From the NCBI GenBank assembly GCA_963666345.1, contig OY762721.1, positions 2,784,001 to 2,848,000 of the forward strand: a stretch of DNA of 64,000 nucleotides, written 5' to 3'. Shown piece by piece: positions 8,705-18,604 of this stretch. Position numbers and translations under genes: made by a program. The notes below the pieces were generated by a model, which did no database searches, had not been told where the DNA came from, and saw nothing but the letters and a program-made list of their open reading frames with translations. The stretch is from Desulfatiglandales bacterium (GTDB taxonomy: Bacteria; Desulfobacterota; DSM-4660; Desulfatiglandales; Desulfatiglandaceae). Within the stretch, counting starts at the first letter, position 1; each line of letters starts with the position of its first letter.

Positions 8705-10702
8705 ATGATCCCTCAAAGAGAGCTGTTCTGGAATATCCAGGGGGTTTGGATATTCTATCTTCTTGTATCTGTATCCATCCTTATATTCGCAGCCGGTATG
8801 CTGGCCCGTGTTCTGTCCTGGGCAAGGGGCGGAAGAGGACTGAAGTATTCCTTCAGCCTCAACTGCCTTTCAGACCTCCTGCTCGACGTCTTTCTGGGCA
8901 GGCGCATTTTCCGGAACGATCCCGGTGCAGGCACATCTCACCTTCTGGTCTTATGGGGATTTCTGGGTCTTTTTGCCGGCACCTCCATGCTGATGGTGGA
9001 TCACTATCTCTATCACTGCCTTACCGGGCTAAGCTACCTGCTATTTTCTTTCTTGATGGAGCTGTTCGGTCTGATGCTTATATCGGGCCTTTGCTGGGGA
9101 CTTGTCAGGAGGTTTATCTTTAAGATAGGCCGTCTGGAAAAAAGATGGGCGGATCTGGTTGTACCGTTATGGCTTTTGGTCGCGGCCTTGTCGGGATTTC
9201 TTTTAGAGGGCAGCCGGATGGCCGCCCAGGAGCCCGCCTGGGGTGGCTGGTCATTCGCAGGACTTCTGACAAGTTATTTGTGGGGCGGTCACGACGCGGC
9301 ACTTAGTTCATACAGAATAATCTGGTGGGCGCATGCCCTGGTGAGCCTCGGGTTGATCGCTGCCCTGCCTTTCACGAAATTATTTCACATGCTCGCCTCC
9401 CCAACGGCACTGTACATGTCGGCCCTGCCTGAGGAGGCCTTTTTGCCGGAACAGACAGTGAAGGCAGGGCAGGCCCTTTCAAAGCGCGCCCTTGTCTTTC
9501 TGGATGCCTGCACGCGTTGCGGCCGCTGCACTGAAGTGTGCCCGTCGGCAGCCTCGGGAGAGGATTTTTCACCCCGCCGGTTTCTCTTATCAGCCAGGAA
9601 AAGAGAGGCCGTGAATTACGGAACCCTTCCGGCCGCCTTTCTGTTCGGAAAAAGAGATGTCCCGGCTGAATCGGGAGAGTCCATTTACAACCGGATCTGG
9701 AACTGTACGACCTGCGGCGCCTGCGCGGATGCGTGCCCTGCAGGAATCTCCACAATCGAGGTAATAAACTGCATAAGGTCGGAGGCGATAGAAGACGGAA
9801 CGGATGTGCCGCAGCTTCTTGCAAAGACCCTTGAAAGTCTGACAAAACATGACAATCCCTGGGGGGCGCACAGGAAGAAACGCTTTGAGTGGTCACAGGG
9901 CCTGTCGGTTCCATCCATTTCTGGTGCGAACCCGCCTGACGGGTTGTGCTATTTTGCGGGCTGTACCACCTCATTTGATACGCGCGCCCAGATGATCGCG
10001 CGCTCATTCGTGTCTATCCTCGATCAGGCGGGGGTAAATTTTTTCTGTATCGGCAAGGATGAGCCATGCTGCGGTGACATAGCCAGGAGGGTTGGAGAAG
10101 AGGGCCTTTTCCAATTCCAGATGGAGAACTGTGTCGAATTGTTTGAAAGATGGGATATCAGGGATCTGGTGACATCTTCCCCTCACTGTTTTAATAGCTT
10201 TAAAAACGATTACCCCCTTTACATGAGCCGTGACGACTCTCAAAAGGCCGGTTCCTTCAGGGTACGTCACTATACCCAGCTGCTTAAAGAGCTGCTGGAG
10301 CAAGGTAAAATCAGGTTCGAAAGATCCATCCCAAGCAGGGTCACCTTTCATGACCCATGCTATCTTGGAAGATATAACAACCTGTTCGATGCGCCGCGTG
10401 AGATCATTTCCGCGATACCTGGGGTCGAGATGGTCGAAATGGAACATTACGGAGCAGACAGCCTTTGCTGCGGAGGCGGAGGGGGCAGGATGTGGCAGGA
10501 GGATATGACATGCAAGGTCACAATCTCAGAGCGGAGGATAGCAGAGGCGGATGCGGCAGGTGCACAAATGGTCATAACGGCCTGTCCCCTTTGTCTCATC
10601 ACGCTTGAAGATGCCGTAAAGACGGCAGGGCTTGAACAGACCCTGAGGGTTCTTGATCTGAATGAACTAATACTGCTGGCCATGGGCAAAAGGGAAAAAT
10701 AA
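8705..10702 (+). CDS. Membrane-bound Fe-S oxidoreductase (NarI-like TM domain + 2x4Fe-4S + two CCG domains; ETF:quinone oxidoreductase type)
   Basis: TM helices with His residues, CTRCGRCTEVCP, CTTCGACADACP, CCG, HDPCYLGR, CCGGGGG; directly upstream of etfBA. Confidence 0.85.
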   Translation: MIPQRELFWNIQGVWIFYLLVSVSILIFAAGMLARVLSWARGGRGLKYSFSLNCLSDLLLDVFLGRRIFRNDPGAGTSHLLVLWGFLGLFAGTSMLMVDHYLYHCLTGLSYLLFSFLMELFGLMLISGLCWGLVRRFIFKIGRLEKRWADLVVPLWLLVAALSGFLLEGSRMAAQEPAWGGWSFAGLLTSYLWGGHDAALSSYRIIWWAHALVSLGLIAALPFTKLFHMLASPTALYMSALPEEAFLPEQTVKAGQALSKRALVFLDACTRCGRCTEVCPSAASGEDFSPRRFLLSARKREAVNYGTLPAAFLFGKRDVPAESGESIYNRIWNCTTCGACADACPAGISTIEVINCIRSEAIEDGTDVPQLLAKTLESLTKHDNPWGAHRKKRFEWSQGLSVPSISGANPPDGLCYFAGCTTSFDTRAQMIARSFVSILDQAGVNFFCIGKDEPCCGDIARRVGEEGLFQFQMENCVELFERWDIRDLVTSSPHCFNSFKNDYPLYMSRDDSQKAGSFRVRHYTQLLKELLEQGKIRFERSIPSRVTFHDPCYLGRYNNLFDAPREIISAIPGVEMVEMEHYGADSLCCGGGGGRMWQEDMTCKVTISERRIAEADAAGAQMVITACPLCLITLEDAVKTAGLEQTLRVLDLNELILLAMGKREK

Positions 10703-10715
10703 AGGGGCGAATATT

Positions 10716-11510
10716 ATGACCGACACTATTGTTTGCATAAAACAGGTGGCCGAGGTTGAAGATGCGGATATCGTTTTAAACGACGATAAAACCGGAGTCC
10801 TCAAGGATGATCTGGTAATGGGCATTAACGAGTGGGACAGCTACGCACTTGAGGAGGCAATAAGGATAAAGGAGTCATCCGGAGGAAAGGTGGTTGCACT
10901 GAGCCTTGGGGACGAAGATTGTCAGGATATCCTCAGAAGGGCCCTTGCAATGGGCGCTGATGAGGTTGTCCATATAGACAAAAACGGTTTTGAGGGATCG
11001 GATGCCGTGGGTGTGGCAAGGGGGCTGGCATCGGTCATCGGAAAGCGCCACTTTGATCTTCTGCTTACCGGGGTGCAGGGCTCGGATGACGGATGGGGAC
11101 AGGTGGGGATAATCCTGGCGGAAATTCTTGATCTTCCATTTGCCTCCCTCGTTGTAAGGCTTGAAAATCATGAAGATCATCTCACCGTGTACCGGGAACT
11201 GGAGTCAAACACGCAGCAGATAGTGGAATTGCCCCTGCCGGGGGTCGTGACCATACAGACCGGCATTAACATCCCTCGCTATGTATCGATTATGGGAATA
11301 AGAAGGACCCGGAACCTTCCAATCGCTGGGACAGGGGCCGGGCAACTGGGGCTTATGAACTCGGAGATAGGGACCGAGGGGTCTTGTGTTGAGTCAAGAC
11401 AGCTCTTTATCCCGAGTGACGAGGCAAACGCGGAGATGCTGGAGGGGACCCTGAGCGAGGTCTGCGAAAAGGCCCTCAGTATAATAAGGGAAAAGGGGGG
11501 AACAGATTAG
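10716..11510 (+). CDS. etfB: Electron transfer flavoprotein beta subunit
   Basis: VCIKQV, NEWDSYALEEA, ALAMGAD, INIPRY. Confidence 0.93.
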   Translation: MTDTIVCIKQVAEVEDADIVLNDDKTGVLKDDLVMGINEWDSYALEEAIRIKESSGGKVVALSLGDEDCQDILRRALAMGADEVVHIDKNGFEGSDAVGVARGLASVIGKRHFDLLLTGVQGSDDGWGQVGIILAEILDLPFASLVVRLENHEDHLTVYRELESNTQQIVELPLPGVVTIQTGINIPRYVSIMGIRRTRNLPIAGTGAGQLGLMNSEIGTEGSCVESRQLFIPSDEANAEMLEGTLSEVCEKALSIIREKGGTD

Positions 11511-12482
11511 ATGAAAGACATACTTGTCCTTGCCGAGCATATGAGAGGCGGGTTGCGGGAGATAACCTATGAACTGCTTGATGCCGCGAATCAGCTGGCC
11601 GGGGAAAACGGTCTTTTGTCAACCGCGCTGCTGCTCTGCGGAAATGCCCAGGGGATGCCGGACGATCTTGGCCCCTTCTGCGATAAGGTGCTTGTCATGG
11701 AGCACCCTGAACTGGAAAACTACAATGCGGACCCCTATTGTAAAGCCCTTGAGCGGGTCATTTCTCTGAAAAGGCCTTTTCTCACCTTGATCGGTCATAC
11801 CGCAAACGGCATGGATCTCATCCCTTCCATTTCATACCGGCTCGGTATTCCGGCCGTGACCGATTGTCTGGAAATAGTGCTGAAAGGGGATAGGCTCGAA
11901 TGCATGAGACAGATATATGGAGGGAAAATCTTTGAGAGGATTCGTCTTAAAAATTCGGATCAATACATGCTGAGTCTAAGGCCGGGCGCTTCCGCAGGCA
12001 GGGGATTAGCAGGGAAGGAGGCTGAGCTTGAACATGTTCCGCCTCCCGACTGGGGTGGCCTCAGAGGCAGAAGGTTTATCTCCCTTTATGAGCCGGAGAT
12101 CGATGACGTGGATATATCAACGGCCGATGTTCTTGTCTCGGTGGGCCGCGGCATAGGAAAGCCTGAAAATATTGGGGTCGTAAAAGATCTTGTTGAAGCC
12201 CTGGGCGCTGTTCTTTCCTGTTCAAGGCCGGTTGCGGACAAGGGGTGGCTGCCCAAAAGCAGGCAGGTGGGGACATCCGGAAAGACAGTAAAACCGAAGG
12301 TATATGTCGCCCTCGGTATCAGCGGCGCATATCAGCATCAGGAAGGCATGAAAAATGCCGGAACCATCATCGCCGTTAACAAGGATCCACGGGCTCCGAT
12401 ATTCAAATTCGCCCACTACGGGATTGTTGCCGACATCATGAAAGCGGTCCCGCTGCTCAAGGAACTGCTGGATAAAAATTAG
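11511..12482 (+). CDS. etfA: Electron transfer flavoprotein alpha subunit
   Basis: SRPVAD, QVGTSGKTV, GISGAYQH, AVNKDP. Confidence 0.93.
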   Translation: MKDILVLAEHMRGGLREITYELLDAANQLAGENGLLSTALLLCGNAQGMPDDLGPFCDKVLVMEHPELENYNADPYCKALERVISLKRPFLTLIGHTANGMDLIPSISYRLGIPAVTDCLEIVLKGDRLECMRQIYGGKIFERIRLKNSDQYMLSLRPGASAGRGLAGKEAELEHVPPPDWGGLRGRRFISLYEPEIDDVDISTADVLVSVGRGIGKPENIGVVKDLVEALGAVLSCSRPVADKGWLPKSRQVGTSGKTVKPKVYVALGISGAYQHQEGMKNAGTIIAVNKDPRAPIFKFAHYGIVADIMKAVPLLKELLDKN

Positions 12483-12585
12483 CCGGAGGCGGGACCTTTT
12501 TCAATTTACAGAAAACCACCGTTAATCTATACTTTTTTAGGTTTCACTATTTACCCTTTTTATCCCTGCCAAGAGGAAATCTCCT

Positions 12586-15162
12586 ATGATACCTTTGACC
12601 AATCTCTTTAAATACTGGACTTTTCAGGTTTTTTCACCAGGGACGATTCTCAGGGAAAAGTATGAGGCCTTTAAGGCCCTGTTGAGGCATGATAAACGGG
12701 CCCATGAGCTCATGGCCGAGCTTGAGGAGATACATCACGACCGGATAAAGGTGGATTTCAGGGTAATCGAAGACAAGTATGCGGAGTTCGCCAGATCCGT
12801 GTCAGGGATGGTGGAGATGCTCTCAGTGATGCGACCCTCCCAGTATCTCAGCCTGAGAGACTATTTCAAGAAATTCGATTTCTATATCAAGTTTATGCTG
12901 GCCCCTCCGGACTATGACTTTGCTCCTCCCTTTTCAATGGGGCTAAAGGATATATCAGAAAAGGACAAAGATGTCGTGGGAGGCAAGGCCTATAACCTGT
13001 CGGCCATAGGCAGGGACCTCGATATTGCCGTCCCCAGAGGGTTTGTGGTAACGACCAATGCATTTTACTATTTCATCGAATATAACAACCTGAGAAGGCT
13101 GATAGATGACAGGCTCAAGGGCCTGGATATCTCCTCTTCCTCCTCCATTGATTCCGTCTCGAAAGAACTGAGTGAAGCGATCACGAGCGCCCGGATGCCT
13201 CCTGATATTGAAGTGGCGATATCGGAGTCTTTCCGTACTGTTTTTGGAAGTGAAAATGAGACCCTGGGTTTTGCCGTAAGAAGCAGTGCGGTAGGAGAGG
13301 ACGGCAAGGCATCATTTGCCGGTCAGTACAGGACCGTTTTAAACGTGAGTCATGACGGGATAGTGGATGCCTATAAAAAGGTAATCGCAAGCAAATATGG
13401 CCAGCAGGCCCTTTATTACAGAGTAAATTACGGACTGTCTGATCTTGAAACGCCCATGGCGGTGTTAGTCCTTGAAATGATAGAGGCGTCATCCAGCGGC
13501 GTTATCTACACCAGGGACTTTGAAGACCCTGAAACGAGTAACATTGTTATACATTCGATATGGGGTTTAGGAGAGCTCCTGGTAGGCGGAGACCTGTCAC
13601 CGGATATCATAAAGGTGAAAAAGGGTGAGAAACCGGAGATCAGGGAAAGAAACATAGGCAGCAAGCAATCGGTTATGCCCTATTCGGCGGACAATTCCAC
13701 CGAGATTTTCCAGCTTAATGAGCAATTACGTGGGGTCAGCTCCCTTGTCGATGCCTCAGCCCTGAAGCTGGGTGAATGGGGGAGTATCCTGGAAAAATAT
13801 TTCGGGGAGCCCCAGGATATAGAGTGGTGCGGTGACACAAAGGGTCATCTGTATATCGTCCAGTCAAGGCCTCTCAGATGGGAGGATGAAGGCGGGGATT
13901 CAATCCGTCAGGAACCGGTCGTCATAGAGGAGGCTCCGATCATCTCAGGCGGGGAAAGGGCCTCCGGCGGTGCCGGGGCAGGAAAGGTGTTCAAGATCGA
14001 ACAGGAATCCGATCTGCTTGACTTTCCTCAGGGCGGGGTGTTGGTGGCAAAAAACGCCTCCCCCACATATGTGAAGATCATGGACAGACTGAGTGCGGTT
14101 GTAACCGACACGGGCAGCAGGGCGGGTCATTTTTCCTCCGTGGCAAGGGAATTCGGTGTGCCGGCCCTGGTAAACATGAAGACGGCGACCGGGAGTCTTT
14201 CCCCGGGGCAGGAGGTTACGGTTGATGCGGATGTAAGGGCCGTATACAATGGAATTATCGAACCATTGATCGAGAAGGCCCGTTCCAGAAAAAATCTTAT
14301 CTCGGACAGCCCGTTTGCAAGAAAACTTGAATACATTATGAGTTTTATTTCACCTCTGAGGCTCGTTGATCCCCTCTCCGATATCTTCGTCCCTGAGGGA
14401 GTCAGGTCTCTGCACGATATATTGCGGTTCTGTCACGAGAAGGCAGTTGAGGTGATGTTCCACCTTGGCGACAGAAAGCTCGGGAGAAAGGGGGGGGCAA
14501 AAAAACTTGTTTCAGATATCCCCATGCTGTTTTATGTGCTTGACGTGGGAGAGGGAATAAGTGAAGGGGCCGCAACCGGTAACACGGTCAGGATCGAAGA
14601 CATCGTAAGCATACCCATGACGCAGGTCTTTAAGGGATTGAATCATCCGGATATCCACTGGTCTCATTTCACGCATTTTGACTGGGCCGAATATGACAGG
14701 ATCGTAATGAGCGGAGGTATCGTAAGCGCGGATTCCGCGATGTTTGCCAGCTATGCGGTGGTGTCTAAGGAATACTTCAACCTCAATCTGCGCTTCGGTT
14801 ATCATTTCGTGATCATAGACAGCATGTGCGGAGAAGATGCCTCTGGCAACTATATCCTCTTCAGATTCTCAGGCGGGGGGGCTGATATGGAAAAAAGGAC
14901 CTTGAGGGCGATGTTTCTAAAGGGGGTCCTGGAGAGACTCGGATTCGAGGTTGAAAAGAAATCGGATCTGATAGACGGTCAGCTGAACGGCAGGGAAAAA
15001 GATGAAATGGAACATATCCTTGACATTATAGGCAGGCTTCTGGGGGCAACGAGACTCATGGATATGTATCTGAAGGATATCGATATGGCAAAGGATTATG
15101 TGGATGAGTTCATGCAGGGAAGGTACCGCTTTGAATCGGTACAGGAGGATGCCGAGGGATGA
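12586..15162 (+). CDS. PEP-synthase/dikinase-like protein (ATP-grasp + swivel phospho-His domain + non-canonical C-terminal domain)
   Basis: GGKA, VRSSA..ED..SFAGQY, DIEW, QSRP; swivel GSRAGHFSSVAREFGVP; C-terminus lacks pyruvate-binding barrel motifs. Confidence 0.85.
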   Translation: MIPLTNLFKYWTFQVFSPGTILREKYEAFKALLRHDKRAHELMAELEEIHHDRIKVDFRVIEDKYAEFARSVSGMVEMLSVMRPSQYLSLRDYFKKFDFYIKFMLAPPDYDFAPPFSMGLKDISEKDKDVVGGKAYNLSAIGRDLDIAVPRGFVVTTNAFYYFIEYNNLRRLIDDRLKGLDISSSSSIDSVSKELSEAITSARMPPDIEVAISESFRTVFGSENETLGFAVRSSAVGEDGKASFAGQYRTVLNVSHDGIVDAYKKVIASKYGQQALYYRVNYGLSDLETPMAVLVLEMIEASSSGVIYTRDFEDPETSNIVIHSIWGLGELLVGGDLSPDIIKVKKGEKPEIRERNIGSKQSVMPYSADNSTEIFQLNEQLRGVSSLVDASALKLGEWGSILEKYFGEPQDIEWCGDTKGHLYIVQSRPLRWEDEGGDSIRQEPVVIEEAPIISGGERASGGAGAGKVFKIEQESDLLDFPQGGVLVAKNASPTYVKIMDRLSAVVTDTGSRAGHFSSVAREFGVPALVNMKTATGSLSPGQEVTVDADVRAVYNGIIEPLIEKARSRKNLISDSPFARKLEYIMSFISPLRLVDPLSDIFVPEGVRSLHDILRFCHEKAVEVMFHLGDRKLGRKGGAKKLVSDIPMLFYVLDVGEGISEGAATGNTVRIEDIVSIPMTQVFKGLNHPDIHWSHFTHFDWAEYDRIVMSGGIVSADSAMFASYAVVSKEYFNLNLRFGYHFVIIDSMCGEDASGNYILFRFSGGGADMEKRTLRAMFLKGVLERLGFEVEKKSDLIDGQLNGREKDEMEHILDIIGRLLGATRLMDMYLKDIDMAKDYVDEFMQGRYRFESVQEDAEG

Positions 15163-15239
15163 GGCGATCATAAGTTGTCAAAACTGATTTTGAAACCCGG
15201 TTATAAACATCAGCCTAATTCTGGGCATGAGAAAACAAT

Positions 15240-16322
15240 ATGTCAGGTTATGATCTTACATGGGTTACAAAGGATCTGGCTGTGGGTTATGCGCCGATGT
15301 CCTATGCCGACCTTGAGGATATAAGGGCAGAGGGTGTAGATGCCATAGTAAACCTCTGCGCCGAATTCTGCGACCTTCATGAAATTGAGGAAAAAAGCGG
15401 TTTTGAGGTCTATTATCTGCCCATACCGGATGAGTGCGCTCCCGATATGGAGGAGATAGAAAAGGCGCTTGACTGGCTTGACGAGGCCATCTATGTGGGC
15501 AAGAAAGTGCTTGTTCACTGCCGGTTCGGCATAGGCAGAACAGGTACGTTTGTCACTTCATATCTGATAAGAAAGGGGCTGGGCCTGAAGGTGGCTTCGA
15601 AAAGGCTGAAACATACCCGTTCAGCTCCGTCAAGCTACAGCCAGTGGAAACTCCTCAGGGCATATGGAAAAAAATCGGGCAGACTGAAGATAAGAGAGCC
15701 TTCTCTTGAAAGCAACAATGTAGTTGATCTGGGGGATTATTTTTCAGAATATGAGGCCCTTGTAAAAAAGATCGAAGAGGAGATAAAGGGTTTCGAAGAT
15801 TCAAACGGTGCATTTCAAAGATGCGGTCTGGACAGGGATGATTGCTGTTACAGATACTTCGAACTTCCGTTCATAGAAGTCATATACATACACAACAAGA
15901 TGAACCGCGCCCTTACGAGCGGGCAGCGCAAACTGCTTATCCAGAGGACGGTTGAGGTCAGAAAAAAGGCCAGGTCACTCAGGGGCCGTATAACCTACAA
16001 AGGGGATGATCCTTTAAAGAGAAAGTTGGCGAAAAACATTGTCTACGGCCAGGAAAAGATCCTTTGTCCTCTCAGCAGGGATTCCAGGTGTACACTTTTT
16101 GAATTCAGGCCTATAGGTTGCAGGCTGCACGGTCTGAAAGAGGGAGTGGTTGACAGAATGGAGGTGAAAAAGACCCTCTTTGAGATTTCAAGGCATGTCT
16201 TTTTTGCCTTCTGCGGGGTATTCCTGGAAGAGGGGACTTTCAATTTTACACCGGCGGATACTGTTTCGGGCCGCTTTATACAGAAATATTTTTATTATCT
16301 CGCCTCTATCGCTGAAGATTAA
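15240..16322 (+). CDS. Dual-specificity protein phosphatase fused to a YkgJ/CxxCxxCC-like cysteine-cluster domain
   Basis: PIPD loop and VHCRFGIGRTG P-loop; C-terminal CG..DDCC...CPLS..RCTLFEFRPIGCR. Confidence 0.8.
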   Translation: MSGYDLTWVTKDLAVGYAPMSYADLEDIRAEGVDAIVNLCAEFCDLHEIEEKSGFEVYYLPIPDECAPDMEEIEKALDWLDEAIYVGKKVLVHCRFGIGRTGTFVTSYLIRKGLGLKVASKRLKHTRSAPSSYSQWKLLRAYGKKSGRLKIREPSLESNNVVDLGDYFSEYEALVKKIEEEIKGFEDSNGAFQRCGLDRDDCCYRYFELPFIEVIYIHNKMNRALTSGQRKLLIQRTVEVRKKARSLRGRITYKGDDPLKRKLAKNIVYGQEKILCPLSRDSRCTLFEFRPIGCRLHGLKEGVVDRMEVKKTLFEISRHVFFAFCGVFLEEGTFNFTPADTVSGRFIQKYFYYLASIAED

Positions 16323-16464
16323 AGGCCTTGTGAAAGGTCCAGTTGCCGTTCAAGTGGTTCACGGCATTTGAGCCTTTTACTGTAAGGGGTGAATTCTGAA
16401 TTCTATGGATGCGCAAGGATCGGACGGGTGTATTACTCCTGCAGGCCTTTAATTTATCCCGCAA

Positions 16465-16836
16465 TTATTGTCGCGTGTTATTTCCAAGTACCTTTTCGAC
16501 CTTTTCTTCAAGCTCATCCTTGTCGATCGGTTTCACACAGTAATCCACGGCACCAAGTTTTTGGGATTCCCTTGCCGTTTCAAGAGTCGGATAACCGGTA
16601 AGCATAAGTGCCTTGGTAGCGGGTGAGGCCTTTCTGATCTCTTCCAGCACCTCGATGCCCGTCATTTTTTTCAGCTTTATATCCAGTATGGCAAGATCCG
16701 GTTTGTTTGATTTTACATAATCGAGGGCCTCTTCCTCCTCGGTGAACGCTATGACTTCGTAGCCCTTCTTTTCCAATATCTTCTTTACAAGTATCCCTGC
16801 ATCCATTACATCATCAAGCACAATTACCTTGGACAT
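16465..16836 (-). CDS. Single-domain response regulator
   Basis: LDD, ILDIKL phospho-acceptor, MLTG, VKP. Confidence 0.93.
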   Translation of the reverse strand: MSKVIVLDDVMDAGILVKKILEKKGYEVIAFTEEEEALDYVKSNKPDLAILDIKLKKMTGIEVLEEIRKASPATKALMLTGYPTLETARESQKLGAVDYCVKPIDKDELEEKVEKVLGNNTRQ

Positions 16837-16839
16837 ATA

Positions 16840-18009
16840 CTACTCCTTGGGGGTGTTTTCCGGGTTCTCATCAGAAAAGGGAAGCCTTATGATAAAAAGG
16901 GTTCCTTTTGCCTCAAGATCCTCTTCTCCTCCCCTTGACCATGGAGGACTCTGAACTTCGATCCTTCCGCCTAATTCCTGTATTATGCTGAATGAAACCG
17001 ACAGGCCCAGACCGGTACCGCTGCCTACCGATTTGGTGGTAAAGAAGGGGTCAAAAATTCGATCAAGAATGTCGGGAGATATCCCAGCTCCCGTATCTGA
17101 TACGCTGATTTCAACCTCTTTATTATCCCTTCTTATTTCGGTCCCTACGGTTATGGCGCCTTTCCCGTCAATGGCATCCCGCGCGTTGCTCAAAAGATTC
17201 ATGAGGACCTGTTTCAATTTGTCCCTGTCAGCCCTTATAAAAATCTCCTCACGGCTGTAGCGCTTTTTTACGACAACGTTTTCCTGATCAAACAGGTGCT
17301 CAACAACGGAAACCACCTCTTCTATCGTCTGATTGAGATCTATCAGGGCGAGATTGCTCTCGGTCTGGCGGGAAAATCTGAGCAGGTCCGCAACAATCTT
17401 TCTGCAGATCTTGGCCTGATTTTCAATAACCTCAAGCCCCTCGTATATCGTGTCCCTTTTCCCGGCTTCTTCCTTAAGAAGCTGTGAATAACCGAGTATG
17501 ATACCCAGAGGCGTGTTTATTTCATGCGCAATACCGGCCGCAAGCGGTCCCATGGATTCCAGCTTCTGCAACTGTACGAGTCTGGATTTAAGGAGTTTGA
17601 ATTCAGTGATGTCTCTCAGCCGCCATAAGACTGCCGCCGCGCCCTCTTTGGTTTCATAAACAGGCCTTCCGAGAATATGCCACGATCTTTTATTGCCGGA
17701 GATTTCGAGTTCTTCTTCATCCTCTGCGGGCAGGCCGGTATCTAAAACCTTTCTGCTTTCTCTTTCAACCTTTTCAGCGAGCTTTTCCGGTATAAGCTTC
17801 TCCAGTGTCTTATCAAGGGCATCTTCCCGTTGTATGGAAAAAAAACCGCGGAAGGCCTCATTTGCATATCTACAGGATAACTGCTTATCAAGTATCAAAA
17901 AAAGATCATCAGAGTCATTGAGCAGGCTCCCTAAAAGCGGATCTTTTTTTTCAATCCCGGTAAAGGGGTTTTTATCCCCTTTTGTCATTTTTACCTTCTG
18001 ATCTTTCAT
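16840..18009 (-). CDS. Cytoplasmic PAS-domain sensor histidine kinase (NtrB-like)
   Basis: AGIAHEINTPL H-box, NLLSNARDA, DTGAGI, FFTTK, GTGLGL; start placed at ATG 18009 (AAGGA RBS) because the longer ORF runs through a repeat. Confidence 0.88.
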   Translation of the reverse strand: MKDQKVKMTKGDKNPFTGIEKKDPLLGSLLNDSDDLFLILDKQLSCRYANEAFRGFFSIQREDALDKTLEKLIPEKLAEKVERESRKVLDTGLPAEDEEELEISGNKRSWHILGRPVYETKEGAAAVLWRLRDITEFKLLKSRLVQLQKLESMGPLAAGIAHEINTPLGIILGYSQLLKEEAGKRDTIYEGLEVIENQAKICRKIVADLLRFSRQTESNLALIDLNQTIEEVVSVVEHLFDQENVVVKKRYSREEIFIRADRDKLKQVLMNLLSNARDAIDGKGAITVGTEIRRDNKEVEISVSDTGAGISPDILDRIFDPFFTTKSVGSGTGLGLSVSFSIIQELGGRIEVQSPPWSRGGEEDLEAKGTLFIIRLPFSDENPENTPKE

Positions 18010-18064
18010 GGTCCTTATGATAAAGGCGCGATAAGACTCTGTTCGGTAAAACGGCCTTTTTAAT

Positions 18065-18150
18065 GATGGCGGCTTCGTAAAAAGACCGGTTGCCACGCCA
18101 TGGCGGGATAATTTCCGCCATGGCGTGGCAAATTTTTTCAAGAATGCATC
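18065..18150. repeat. REP/MITE-like element with a perfect 17-bp hairpin
   Basis: ttgccacgccatggcgg-N8-ccgccatggcgtggcaa at 18090-18131; flanks resemble the ends of the 20226-20376 element. Confidence 0.6.
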
Positions 18151-18604
18151 AAAAGTAGTTTCCAGAGGATATGTCATTACGATTTATCCATCAAGAAAAT
18201 TTGCCTTTTTAATGGCTTAATCGAATCGGCCTGTTATCCTTTTTTGCTTGAAATCTTAAATGTATTATTTATATATTTCATTAAATAATCAATCTCAAAT
18301 CATGAAAATTGTTTCAGGAACCTCAACCTAGAGCGAAGACCTTGCCTTGATATTTATTCGGTGTCTCTGTCTCAAGGGAGGGCCGCAGTCAAAATGAGAC
18401 GGCGCCCATCCGGAAACCGAATCAAGGGCACTGATAAGTTTCCGGATGGAAACGAGATGAGACGCGAGTTGCGTTTGTTTCATTATTGAAAACCCGGTTG
18501 TATGAGCCGGACCGGGGAAAATGGTACGACTTCTTTGTTTTGGGGGCTCAAAAGCCCGGCACCTTTTACTTGACCGGGCGATTACAGGCATATGATAAGG
18601 TCGG

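Noticed and set aside
18010..18177. N-terminal extension of the histidine kinase shown in the ORF track
   Set aside because: It runs through a palindromic repeat element, and a better RBS precedes ATG 18009
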